Below are positions 8,952 to 18,379 of a DNA stretch of 27,420 bases, piece after piece. The notes under the pieces are model-generated. The model was not told the DNA's origin. It did not search any database and saw only the letters and a program-made list of their open reading frames with translations. The translations under genes and the position numbers were made by a program. The first letter of the stretch is position 1. Each line of letters starts with the position of its first letter. Origin of the DNA: Candidatus Symbiobacter sp. (lineage in GTDB: Bacteria > Pseudomonadota > Alphaproteobacteria > Elsterales > Elsteraceae); NCBI GenBank assembly GCA_030054015.1, contig JASGCR010000002.1, positions 1 to 27,420 on the forward strand, read 5' to 3'.

Positions 8952-10187
8952 TTAAAGCGATTTCACCGCCTGTCGCACCGCGATGAGCCAATCGGCGGCG
9001 GTCTCCAATTCGGCGGCGGTGGTCATGCGCCCCAAACCAATCCGCAAACTCGCCAAGGCTTGGTCTGGTCGCAGCCCCAAAGCCAGTAAACTGTCCGATG
9101 GCCTAAGCCTGGCGGTATGACAGGCCGATCCCGCCGCCACCGCCACATGCTTCGCCAAAGTCGGCAATAAATCCGCCGCCCGCACGCCGTTCCAACCCAG
9201 GCTGAGAATGCCCGCCACCCGTTGCGGCACCGGCGCGGACGAATCTGACAAGGGCAGGCCGTGCAAGACGAGATCGGGCCAGGCCTGGCTGATTTTGTCG
9301 AAAAACCGCGCCGCCAAAACCGCGATGCGGGACTCGTCGTCGCGGTAACGCGCCGTGGCCAGGGATGCCGCCTGGCCCAAACCCACCACCAACGGCACCG
9401 GAACGGTACCCGCCCGCATCCCGTGTTGCTGTCCCCCGCCAACCACCAGAGGCTGTAACGTCAGGGCGGAATTCTGGCAGAGATATAACGCGCCAATTCC
9501 CTTGGGGCCATAGGCTTTATGCGCCGAAAAACTGATCAGATCGGCATAATCGGCAAAATGCGCCACATCCACCCGTCCCAAGGCCTGGGCGGCATCGACA
9601 TGAAACACAATACCGCGTTGCCGCAACAAGGCTCCAAGCTCGGCGATGGGGTTAATCGTGCCAAATTCATTTTGCACCGCCATGACCGAGACCAATTTCG
9701 TCGCGGCGGTTAAATGTTCCGCCAATAAGGACGGCGTAATCCGACCCGACGGAAGCCGAACCCCCTCTGACCCCCCCTCTGACCTATGCGCCGCCAAAGG
9801 CAAAATGGTTTTGACCTTAATGGCGGGGTGGGAATAAGCGAGCATGTGGGCAGCTTGGCTGACCGACTCATGTTCGTAACCCGACAATAAGATTTCGCTG
9901 GGTGCGGGGGATTGGGCGGCGGCCAGACTCCCCCGGCCGGTAAACAGGCCAAAAAGGGCGAGGTTATTCGCCTCGGTCGCGCCAGAGGTAAAAATAATCT
10001 CTTGCGGCTTCGCCTGGATGGCGGCGGCAAGCTGGCTTTGGGCTTGGAAAACCGCTTCCTCGGCCTGCCAGCCCATTTCATGCTGGGTGGCATGGGGATT
10101 GGCAAAATCCTGGCTAAAATAGGGCAGCATCCGCGCCAAAATGGCCGGATCGAGCGGGGTCGATGCGGGATAATCAAGATAAATCAT
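8952..10187 (-). CDS. iscS: IscS/NifS-type cysteine desulfurase
   Basis: MIYLDYPASTPLD, IIFTSGATEANN, HVDAAQ, SAHKAYGPKG (PLP Lys), GSACH (catalytic Cys); start reset to ATG 10187 since the upstream ORF-track part overlaps the hemY-like gene; exact orthology uncertain. Confidence 0.85.
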   Translation of the reverse strand: MIYLDYPASTPLDPAILARMLPYFSQDFANPHATQHEMGWQAEEAVFQAQSQLAAAIQAKPQEIIFTSGATEANNLALFGLFTGRGSLAAAQSPAPSEILLSGYEHESVSQAAHMLAYSHPAIKVKTILPLAAHRSEGGSEGVRLPSGRITPSLLAEHLTAATKLVSVMAVQNEFGTINPIAELGALLRQRGIVFHVDAAQALGRVDVAHFADYADLISFSAHKAYGPKGIGALYLCQNSALTLQPLVVGGGQQHGMRAGTVPVPLVVGLGQAASLATARYRDDESRIAVLAARFFDKISQAWPDLVLHGLPLSDSSAPVPQRVAGILSLGWNGVRAADLLPTLAKHVAVAAGSACHTARLRPSDSLLALGLRPDQALASLRIGLGRMTTAAELETAADWLIAVRQAVKSL

Positions 10188-10233
10188 GCTTTTGCCCTCC
10201 CCCTCGGCGCGGCATTTGTGGCCGGATCGGTCT

Positions 10234-11568
10234 TTATTGCTCGATCCAGTGTAACGCATCGACCGCGCCGCATTGATGGCAATAAGATGTCCATTCGCTC
10301 GCCGTGCTGAGACAGGCCTGACACCGCCAGGCATCGGGCGCAGACAGACGGTCAGGCGGCGCACGGTCATAAAGTCGCGTCGAGTCGGATGGGCGCGGTT
10401 TTGTCCGCCCGCCATTGCCGTCCGGCCGTTGGTTTTCGCTGTGAATTTCCTGGGCGACATGTTGAATAATTTTCTCGGCCCGGCGGCGATATTGGCTGCC
10501 CATGCTGGATGCGCGTTCGGCATAGCGTCTGGCTTCGCCCCAAAGACTGGCCTCGATACAAATGGTTGCCATCACCAAATCGGTTTCGCCATCGCGCGGG
10601 GCGCGGCGTTCCAAGGCGGCAAAGCGACGCACATGTTCCAAAGCGGTGGCATTGGGGGCGGCGGCGCGGTAAATCGCGGCAATCTCGGCATGGCGGGTTT
10701 TATGCCATAATTTTTCGATCAAGCGTTCGGCCCCGCGATAATCGCGCTCGGCAATCATCAGGCGTGTCACCATGATAATGGCGGGGACGAAATCGCGTTG
10801 CCGCGCCAGGCCGCGGCTGGCCAGTGCGAGGGCGAGTTTATAATTGCCCAATTGCCGTTGTTCATCCGCCGCCCCCAATAAGGCAATCACGCGCTTGCGT
10901 TGGAGGGCTTGGGGGGTGAGGCCGGGAAAATTTTTGCGCCGCTCTAACAAAAGCCGGAGTGCTGCCCAATCATGGCGTTCCTCATAAAGCGACAGCAGCA
11001 TCCGATTGGCCCAAGGGGCTTGGTTGGCCAAGGCCAAGCCCTGTTCGGCGGCCAGCACGGCCTGTTCTTTTTCGCCCATCGCCAGGGCCAAACGCGCCAA
11101 ACCGTGATAGGCGGTTTGGGCTAATATGCGATCACTGGTGACGGATTGGTAGAGGTTTTTGGCCTCGTCGCGTTGTTCCGTCAGCTCGGCATAAATGGCC
11201 TCCAATAAACGCGCTTTTATCTTGCCGTCTTCCAACAGGGCGGTTTGTTTGGCGGCATGTTGCAGGCCGCGTACATCCCCAGCCTCGGCCAATAACAAGC
11301 CAATGCCAAAGGCGGCCTGGGCCTCACCCCGCCTGGCCCGCCAGTTTTGCCACCAAGCTTTGGGACGCGCCAAAACCAATGCCACCACGCCCGCAAGCAA
11401 CCGCCCCAACACCATGAGCAGGAACAGCAACAGGATCAAGACCGCCAAATCCGATTCAACCCGCCAGCCCAGCCATTCAATCACCAACAAACCAGGGTGA
11501 AAGGCCAGCCACAAAGCCGGAATCAGCAACAGGGTCAAAACCAGGATAAATTTGATGGCTTGGATCAT
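10234..11568 (-). CDS. hemY: Alphaproteobacterial HemY-like membrane/TPR protein (HemY_N type, not a protoporphyrinogen oxidase)
   Basis: Two N-terminal TM segments, helical repeats, C-terminal WRCQAC..YCHQCG; conserved position after COG4223-like gene. Confidence 0.8.
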   Translation of the reverse strand: MIQAIKFILVLTLLLIPALWLAFHPGLLVIEWLGWRVESDLAVLILLLFLLMVLGRLLAGVVALVLARPKAWWQNWRARRGEAQAAFGIGLLLAEAGDVRGLQHAAKQTALLEDGKIKARLLEAIYAELTEQRDEAKNLYQSVTSDRILAQTAYHGLARLALAMGEKEQAVLAAEQGLALANQAPWANRMLLSLYEERHDWAALRLLLERRKNFPGLTPQALQRKRVIALLGAADEQRQLGNYKLALALASRGLARQRDFVPAIIMVTRLMIAERDYRGAERLIEKLWHKTRHAEIAAIYRAAAPNATALEHVRRFAALERRAPRDGETDLVMATICIEASLWGEARRYAERASSMGSQYRRRAEKIIQHVAQEIHSENQRPDGNGGRTKPRPSDSTRLYDRAPPDRLSAPDAWRCQACLSTASEWTSYCHQCGAVDALHWIEQ

Positions 11569-11599
11569 TTTTTTCCTTTACCTCTCCGTCGCCAGGTTC

Positions 11600-12658
11600 T
11601 TACCTGGTACCAGGGCGGTTAAACAGGCTGGCAGTATAGCGGGTTAGGTGGGTCACCGCCGTCTCGGCGGCTAAGATATTTTGGGCTTGGCCGAGCCAAT
11701 CGGCAAAGGCCGGGGCCGCGCTGGCGGGCAGTCGCTGCAATAACGTGACGGCACTCCCCAAACCATCTTGGGTGAGGGCATTGTTGGCGGCGGCCAAAAT
11801 CGCATCGAGCGACTCGCCCGTGGTGCGGTCAATGCGGCGCACCACCACCAAATGCGAGAGCAACCGCATCACGCTTTGCCAAAAACCAGCTTGGCCTTCG
11901 CTCATGTAATTGGCTTTGGCCTCGCGGGCGGCGGCGGGAAAGGCCAAATACAGCGCGATTCGGTGCGGCACCCCGGTGGCGGCCAAGGGCGTTAAGGTCG
12001 CAATCGCTTGATCCGGCAGGGCATTGGCTTGCAGCGAGGTGCCATGCAGCAATCGGATCAGGGACAAAGTTTCGGCAAAGGGCAGCCCCGCTTGGACTTG
12101 GCGCGATAATTCGGCCACCAAAATCGCCAAGGAAGCCGCCCGCGTGGGGGCATCATCGGCGGGACGGGCGCGGTCTTTGGCCAGGCGGTTGACCAAATTG
12201 GTGACGCTGTCCAAACGGGTGGCCAATTGTTGGGTCGCTTCGCTGGCCGTATCCCCCTTGGCGGTGGACACCATCGCCAGGGCTTTTTCGAGTACCGTCA
12301 CCCGCGCCTGTAATTCCTCGATGCGGGCGAGCAGAGATTTTTCATTGGGTTTTTCACTGGGTTTTTCATTGGGTTTTGGTTGGGGCAATAAGGCGGCATT
12401 TTCTGTGGCGGGTTCGGCACCGTCATTGTCACCGACCGATTGACCCGCCAACCAGGGGACACGCCAAGCGGCGAGCAGTTTTGCCACCAAATCGGGCCGC
12501 TGCCAGGCCGTGATGCCGATCCCGGCCGCCAATATGAACAACACGGTCAAGCCAAAGCCCAGATTTTGCCGCCATCCTCGGCGCGACGATTTTATCGCTC
12601 TGGCCGGATTGGGCTGGCTCGAAGGATGGGGCGAAGGAGGGGGCGAAAGATCAGACAC
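11600..12658 (-). CDS. COG4223/mitofilin-like (HemX-position) membrane-anchored coiled-coil protein
   Basis: N-terminal TM, coiled coil, C-terminal GFWQSVMRLLSHLVVVRR..AFADWL pattern; located after hemD; GTG start. Confidence 0.8.
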   Translation of the reverse strand: MSDLSPPPSPHPSSQPNPARAIKSSRRGWRQNLGFGLTVLFILAAGIGITAWQRPDLVAKLLAAWRVPWLAGQSVGDNDGAEPATENAALLPQPKPNEKPSEKPNEKSLLARIEELQARVTVLEKALAMVSTAKGDTASEATQQLATRLDSVTNLVNRLAKDRARPADDAPTRAASLAILVAELSRQVQAGLPFAETLSLIRLLHGTSLQANALPDQAIATLTPLAATGVPHRIALYLAFPAAAREAKANYMSEGQAGFWQSVMRLLSHLVVVRRIDRTTGESLDAILAAANNALTQDGLGSAVTLLQRLPASAAPAFADWLGQAQNILAAETAVTHLTRYTASLFNRPGTR

Positions 12659-12673
12659 GAGAATTTTTCCTTA

Positions 12674-13227
12674 TACTCTGATTCCAAAAGAATCCGCTTT
12701 TAGACCCCCCCTTCCTGCTTAGGGAAAGTCTGAGTAAGTCTAGTTTTACCCCCCCTTCTTTAGAAGGGGGGGATTAGTTTCGCTTAGCTGCGAAGCAGCT
12801 TAGCGAAACTTGGGGGGGTTGGTAATAGTAAAAATCTGATCAGAATCAATATCTTGCACCAACCCCCCCAAGAAAAGCTTTGGCTCGCCTTCGCTCGCCA
12901 AGCTTTTCTATCCCCCCCTTCTAAAGAAGGGGGGGTAAATAAATTTTCGACTTAATCAGACCTTCCTTAGGAAGGGGGGAAACCGAAGCTTGGCAGCTTG
13001 CCGCCTAGCTTCGGTCGGGGGGGTTGGTGATTGCAGAGATTTAATTAGAATCAATGCCATTCACCAACCCCCCCAAGAAAAGCTAAGAATTTTTTTACAA
13101 AAAATTCTAGCTTTTCTATCCCCCCCTTCCTAAGCAGGAAGGGGGGGTCAGAGATTTTTTCGCCTTATTCTATGTTTCCCTAAGCACGAAGGGGATCATA
13201 AAAGTGAATTTTCGAGCACTCGCAGTA
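12674..13227. mobile_element. Nested element stack bounded by TA-flanked imperfect inverted termini, two REP-like doublets inside
   Basis: TA|TACTCTGATTCC left, GCACTCGCAGTA|TA right; doublets 12748-12936 and 12704-12722+12971-13148; orphan IS5-like TIR 13162-13179 followed by CTAA. Confidence 0.75.
12723..12966. mobile_element. 244-bp IS5-like MITE with 4-bp TTAG target site duplication
   Basis: TIRs GGAAAGTCTGAGTAAGTC / GACTTAATCAGACCTTCC (16/18); TTAG at 12719-12722 and 12967-12970; excision restores the hairpin seen intact at 27369-27402. Confidence 0.85.
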
Positions 13228-13264
13228 TAAATCTTATTTTGCCACCGCGATGTGACGCAAAGCC

Positions 13265-14080
13265 TTATCGCGCCAGCGCGGTGGCGGCAATTTCTGCGAC
13301 CAAAGCCGCTTGATTGGGGCGGGCGGCGCAATATTGGGCGGCATAGTCACAACGCGCCGCCGCCGCCACTGCCGGCGACAGAGAAAATAACACCACCCGC
13401 CGCAGGGCGGCCTCTCTGCCCGCTTGGCGCACCAAATTCTCGAACAAAGTCACCGAACGGGACGAAAACATAGCGGTGGCAAAGCACTCGGAACCGCCAT
13501 CGGCCTCGGCAGCCGCCAAAAATTGTTCCAAAGACGGGGGGTAGGCCGTCGCCGCCACCGCATCATAGAGCGGTAACGCACGAAGATCAAACCCAGCCGC
13601 GACCAGGGCCTCGCGCAAAGCCGGCGTGGTGACGCGGCCACAAAGATATTGTATCCATCCGTCTTTGGGGTGCAAATTATTTTGCACCAATTGGGCTAAA
13701 TCGCCACCATGGCCTTTGGCACTATAAATCCGGCGAAAGCCCCAGGGGGATAAATTTGGGGATAAATTTGGGGATAAAACTGGCGATAAAATTTCGGCAG
13801 TGGCATCTCCGACACAAAAAATCGGCAGCCCCCGCAGCCAATGGCGCTGCCCATCCGACCAGGACTTGATCGAATCGCGCATGACCCGCGCGGCATTGGC
13901 CGAACTCAGCATCACGGCCTGGCAGCTCTGAATTTGGCAATTGGTGGGCGCATCCAACTCCCAATGGGCGATGGTTTGGATGGTCATTAAGGGGACGATC
14001 ACCGCCTCATGCCCCATGGCCTGCAGGCTGGTTGCCAGCGATTCAGCATCTTCGCGCGGGCGGGTAATTAATATGCGCAT
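13265..14080 (-). CDS. hemD: Uroporphyrinogen-III synthase
   Basis: MRILITRPREDA, IFCVGDATAE, LYDAVAA, MFSSRS; start reset to ATG 14080, 8 nt after hemC stop. Confidence 0.9.
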   Translation of the reverse strand: MRILITRPREDAESLATSLQAMGHEAVIVPLMTIQTIAHWELDAPTNCQIQSCQAVMLSSANAARVMRDSIKSWSDGQRHWLRGLPIFCVGDATAEILSPVLSPNLSPNLSPWGFRRIYSAKGHGGDLAQLVQNNLHPKDGWIQYLCGRVTTPALREALVAAGFDLRALPLYDAVAATAYPPSLEQFLAAAEADGGSECFATAMFSSRSVTLFENLVRQAGREAALRRVVLFSLSPAVAAAARCDYAAQYCAARPNQAALVAEIAATALAR

Positions 14081-14088
14081 CTTCGCCG

Positions 14089-15093
14089 TCACGTTTGTTG
14101 CATCATTTGCAAAATATTTTTTCCCACCATTTGCCCCAATGACGCGGCTTGAATTTGAGTGCTGAATGAACCCATTGCGCCAATGTTCACCCAACCTTCA
14201 TAAGAAAATCCCAGGAAAATCTCGGCCTCATTTTGCCATAATTTTGAACCGTCTGGTTCCGCCAGTAACCCGCGCAGCCGCAGGTGTCCTTTGGGCAAAA
14301 TTTCGGCATAACTGGCAATGGGGGTGCGACAACTGCCATCCAATATTTCTAACATGGCGCGTTCGGCGATGACGGCATGTTGGGTGTCGGGGTGGTTAAT
14401 CGCCGCCAGCCAATGCGGTAACTGGGGATGATCTTGGCGATATTCGAGGGCTAAGGCTCCCTGGGCGACGGCGGGGAGCATGATTTCCGGCTCTAACACC
14501 ACCGCCATCGCGGCAAGTTGCTCCGCCAGGCCCAGGCGGTTAATGCCAGCCAGGGCCAAAAGGGTCGCATCGGCCACCCCGGATTCTAATTTGCGTAAGC
14601 GGGTGGCGACATTGCCGCGAAACAGCACGACCTCTAAATCCGGGCGGCGATGCAGCAATTGCGCCTTGCGCCGCAGGGCCGCCGAGCCAATTTTACAGCC
14701 GGACGGCAAGGCCGCAATCACTTGCGCGGCGGTACGACCGTCGCACAAATGCCGCAATTTTGGCCCCAACACCAACAGATCGCGCGGGTCTTCGCGCTTG
14801 GGGACGGCATCCATCACCAACCCATCGGGCAAGCGGGTGGGCAAATCTTTCATTGAATGCACCGCCAGATCGATGCGGCCCGTCGCCAGGGCGTTTTCGA
14901 TTTCAATTGTAAACAGACCTTTGCCGCCAATTTCCGCCAAAGACTGCGGGGATCGATCCCCCTCGGTCACAAAGGGGACAATGGTAATGGCCTCTGGCGC
15001 GGCCAATTCGGGCCAGGTTTGCGCCAAAATATCCCGCATAGAATGGGCTTGCGCCAAGGCCAAGGGGCTGTTACGAGTTCCGATGCGAAGCAT
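14089..15093 (-). CDS. hemC: Hydroxymethylbilane synthase
   Basis: LRIGTRNSPLALAQA, GGKGLFT, AVHSMKD, FRGNVATRLRKL, GSCRTPIA. Confidence 0.98.
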   Translation of the reverse strand: MLRIGTRNSPLALAQAHSMRDILAQTWPELAAPEAITIVPFVTEGDRSPQSLAEIGGKGLFTIEIENALATGRIDLAVHSMKDLPTRLPDGLVMDAVPKREDPRDLLVLGPKLRHLCDGRTAAQVIAALPSGCKIGSAALRRKAQLLHRRPDLEVVLFRGNVATRLRKLESGVADATLLALAGINRLGLAEQLAAMAVVLEPEIMLPAVAQGALALEYRQDHPQLPHWLAAINHPDTQHAVIAERAMLEILDGSCRTPIASYAEILPKGHLRLRGLLAEPDGSKLWQNEAEIFLGFSYEGWVNIGAMGSFSTQIQAASLGQMVGKNILQMMQQT

Positions 15094-15204
15094 TTTTTGT
15101 TCCGTTCATCGATCAATGCCGCGATTCCGATCACGGCGGGTCGTTGCCGCGTTAATGTGCAAAGCCCATAACATAGAATCCCCTCTGCAAACAGCGTAAG
15201 ATTT

Positions 15205-16335
15205 ATGGAAAAAATAATTTTGGCGATTGAAACCAGTTGCGATGAATGTGCCGCCGCCCTGGTGCGGGGGGATAAAACCATTCTGTCCTCGGTGATTCAT
15301 ACCCAATTGGAAACCCATCTCCAATATGGCGGGGTGGTGCCGGAATTGGCGGCGCGGGCGCATTTAGAGACCATTCAAGCCGTCGTGACACGTGCCTTGA
15401 CCGAGGCGGGATGCGGCTACCAAGATATCAACGCGGTGGCGGCGACGATTGGCCCTGGCCTGATTGGCGGGGTGTTGGTGGGGGCGAATTTTGCCAAAGC
15501 GGTGGCCTTGGCGCGGGGCTTGCCTTTTATGGGGGTGAATCACCTGGAAGGCCATGCTTTGACGGTGCGTTTGACGGATGATGTCGCTTTTCCCTATTTA
15601 TTGCTATTGGTGTCGGGCGGGCATAGCCAGATTCTGGCGGTCTTGGGGGTGGGGCAATACCGCCAATTGGGGACGACGCTGGATGATGCGGTGGGGGAGT
15701 GTTTTGACAAAGTGGCGAAAATTTTGGGCTTGGGCTTTCCGGGCGGCCCGGCGGTCGAGGCGGCGGCGCGGTTGGGCCAGGCGCAGCGATTCGCGCTGCC
15801 AACGCCGATGCGCGGGCGGCCGGGCTGTGATTTATCCTTTTCCGGTTTGAAAACGGCGGTGCGCCGCCAGGTTGACGCGTTGTTAAACACCCAACCAAAG
15901 GGTTTGTCGCCCCAAGACCGCACTGATATGGCCGCGAGTTTTCAACGCGCCGCCAGCGATTGCCTGACCGACCGCGTGAGTCAAGCGATGATTGTGTTTC
16001 GCCGCGATTATATCAACCAGGTCGGGTACCAGGTCGGGTACCGGGCGGGTGACCCGGCGCATGACCCGGCGGGCGCGTCGATGCGCCAGGAACCGACTTT
16101 GGTGGTGGCGGGGGGTGTGGCCGCCAACCAAACCTTGCGCCAGGATTTGGCGCAATTGGCGAGACAGCAAGGTTTTCGCTGGGTGGCACCGCCCTTGGCT
16201 TTATGTACCGATAATGCGGCCATGATTGGCTGGGCGGGGTTAGAACGTTTCCGCCTGGGGTTGATTGATCCCTTAACCGTACCGACCCGCCCGCGCTGGC
16301 CGCTGGATGAGATGAATGAGGGAGGGCGGGCGTAA
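15205..16335 (+). CDS. tsaD: tRNA N6-adenosine threonylcarbamoyltransferase
   Basis: IETSCDE, GGVVPELAARAH, NHLEGH, VSGGH, GGVAAN, TDNAAMI. Confidence 0.98.
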   Translation: MEKIILAIETSCDECAAALVRGDKTILSSVIHTQLETHLQYGGVVPELAARAHLETIQAVVTRALTEAGCGYQDINAVAATIGPGLIGGVLVGANFAKAVALARGLPFMGVNHLEGHALTVRLTDDVAFPYLLLLVSGGHSQILAVLGVGQYRQLGTTLDDAVGECFDKVAKILGLGFPGGPAVEAAARLGQAQRFALPTPMRGRPGCDLSFSGLKTAVRRQVDALLNTQPKGLSPQDRTDMAASFQRAASDCLTDRVSQAMIVFRRDYINQVGYQVGYRAGDPAHDPAGASMRQEPTLVVAGGVAANQTLRQDLAQLARQQGFRWVAPPLALCTDNAAMIGWAGLERFRLGLIDPLTVPTRPRWPLDEMNEGGRA

Positions 16336-17352
16336 ATGCAGCCAGCAGAGTCACACGCACCAGCTTTGACCGTGGTGGGCGGCGGGGCCTGGGGCACGGC
16401 CCTGGCCCAAACCCTGGCTGTGGCCGGAAAATACCAACCGATTCAATTGCTTGTGCGGACATCTGAACAAGCCAGGTTAATGATGGAAACCCGTGAAAAT
16501 CCGCGCTATTTGCCTGGCCTTCGCTTGCATCCGGCGATTATGCCGCACAGTGATCCCGCATTGGTTGCATCGTCAGAGATTGTGGTCTTGGTGGTGCCAG
16601 GGCAAAATTTGCGCGACTGTTTGGACGGGCTTGGCCGCCATCTTCATCCCCAGGCGACGATTATCCTGGCGATTAAAGGGCTTGAGAAAAACAGCCAACG
16701 CCGCATGAGTGAAATTGTCGCAGAGTATCTGCCCGGCCACCCTCTCGCGGTTTTGTCCGGCCCCAGTTTTGCCCATGAAGTCATGCGTGGCCTGCCTTGT
16801 TCCTTGGTGCTGGCGGCGAAAAATCTGGATGCGGCGACGGCATTATTGCCGATTTTTACCACCGCATCGATGCGGCTTTATCCCTCATCTGATATGGTCG
16901 GGGTGGAATTGGGCGGCGCGGTCAAAAATGTGTTGGCGATTGCCTGTGGCATTGCGGCGGGGCTTTGCTTGGGCGAGAATGCGCGGGCGGCTTTGATAAC
17001 GCGGGGCTTGGCGGAGATGATGCGCTTAGGCCTGGCGATGGGGGCGGCGGGCAAAACCCTCTCTGGCCTGTCGGGTTTGGGCGATTTGGTGCTGACCTGT
17101 GGCGGCGAGACCTCGCGCAATTTTCGCTTTGGGCTGGCCCTGGGCGGGGGGGAAAATGCCCGCCTGGCCGAGCGGCGGATTGGCACGGTCGAGGGGATTC
17201 ATACGGTGGATGCGGTGGTGAGCCTGGCCGCAAAATACCAGGTCGACACGCCAATCAGCCAAGCGGTACAGCGCATCATGGCGGAAGAATTATCGCCGCA
17301 GGCGGCGGTGATTGGCTTGATGACGCGCGATATTCGTAACCAGGGAGAATGA
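16336..17352 (+). CDS. gpsA: NAD(P)H-dependent glycerol-3-phosphate dehydrogenase
   Basis: GGGAWGTALA, SGPSFA, GGAVKNVLAIACG, SGLGDLVLTC, SRN. Confidence 0.97.
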   Translation: MQPAESHAPALTVVGGGAWGTALAQTLAVAGKYQPIQLLVRTSEQARLMMETRENPRYLPGLRLHPAIMPHSDPALVASSEIVVLVVPGQNLRDCLDGLGRHLHPQATIILAIKGLEKNSQRRMSEIVAEYLPGHPLAVLSGPSFAHEVMRGLPCSLVLAAKNLDAATALLPIFTTASMRLYPSSDMVGVELGGAVKNVLAIACGIAAGLCLGENARAALITRGLAEMMRLGLAMGAAGKTLSGLSGLGDLVLTCGGETSRNFRFGLALGGGENARLAERRIGTVEGIHTVDAVVSLAAKYQVDTPISQAVQRIMAEELSPQAAVIGLMTRDIRNQGE

Positions 17353-17356
17353 CACT

Positions 17357-18121
17357 ATGGCGAGCATCCTCCGATTTTATCACCGTCTGGCGCCGTTTTG
17401 GGCGAAAGCCACGACCCCCAGCGCGGTTTTGCGTCTTTTGGCCGCGATGCAGAGTTGGCTGGGCTGGGGCAGTGTGGTTTTATTGGCGATTGGTCTGGTG
17501 TGGTCGCTTTTGGTCGCTCCGCCCGATTACCAACAAGGCGAGGCGGTACGCATCATGTTTCTTCATGTTCCTTGTGCCTGGTTGGCTCTTGCGATTTACA
17601 GCATGATGGCAATAATGAGCGCGATGGCCTTGATTTGGCGGCATAATCTGGCCTTTATCACCATTCGTGCCATGGCCCCGGTGGGGGCGGTGTTTGCCTT
17701 TTTATGTTTGTTCACCGGCGCGATTTGGGGCAAACCCATGTGGGGAACTTGGTGGGTGTGGGACGCAAGATTGACCTCGATGCTGATTTTGTGGTTTTTT
17801 TATCTGGGCTATTTGGCCTTGCTCGCGGTCACCCAAGATCGCGGGCGGGGGGAGCGGGCGGCGGCGATTCTGGCCTTGGTCGGCGGCATTAACGTTCCCA
17901 TTGTTAAATATTCGGTCGATTGGTGGCACAGCCTGCACCAACCGGCGAGCATATTGCGCCTGGGCGGGCCGCGCATTGCGGCGGAAATCTTGGCCCCGCT
18001 TTTGCTCATGATTGTGGCGATGACGGTGTTTGCCCTTTATGTGATATGTCTTAATCTGCGGCGATTGCTCATTGAACGCAAAAATCTGGCGGCGCGGCTG
18101 CGGCAGAATCTGGTGGCTTGA
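17357..18121 (+). CDS. ccmC: Heme exporter protein C
   Basis: IMFLHVP, WGKPMWGTWWVWDARLT (WWD motif), SLHQ. Confidence 0.98.
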   Translation: MASILRFYHRLAPFWAKATTPSAVLRLLAAMQSWLGWGSVVLLAIGLVWSLLVAPPDYQQGEAVRIMFLHVPCAWLALAIYSMMAIMSAMALIWRHNLAFITIRAMAPVGAVFAFLCLFTGAIWGKPMWGTWWVWDARLTSMLILWFFYLGYLALLAVTQDRGRGERAAAILALVGGINVPIVKYSVDWWHSLHQPASILRLGGPRIAAEILAPLLLMIVAMTVFALYVICLNLRRLLIERKNLAARLRQNLVA

Positions 18122-18160
18122 CATAAGGTTAAACATGCTAAACAAAGGGGGCGGTCGCAC

Positions 18161-18379
18161 ATGGCAGAGGCATTAAGCAGCATTGGCTATAAATTAAGCC
18201 ATTTTTCTGAATTTATGGCGATGGGTGGCTATGGTTTTTACGTCTGGTCGTGTTATGGCCTGGGCTTGGTCGTTTTGGCCGCGTTGGTGATGTATTATCG
18301 CCGCCGTTTGCGCCAGGCTTTGCGCGACCAGGTTTTACGCGACCAGGTCACATCGGGTGATGGCACAACATGCGCATAA
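18161..18379 (+). CDS. ccmD: Heme exporter protein D
   Basis: MGGYGFYVWSCYG, single TM, basic tail; between ccmC and ccmE. Confidence 0.88.
   Translation: MAEALSSIGYKLSHFSEFMAMGGYGFYVWSCYGLGLVVLAALVMYYRRRLRQALRDQVLRDQVTSGDGTTCA

Noticed and set aside
10188-10523. 112-aa extension of the desulfurase
   Set aside because: Overlaps the hemY-like gene on the same strand in another frame; family start is MIYLD
14081-14194. HemD extension
   Set aside because: Overlaps the hemC 3' end; family start is MRILITRP
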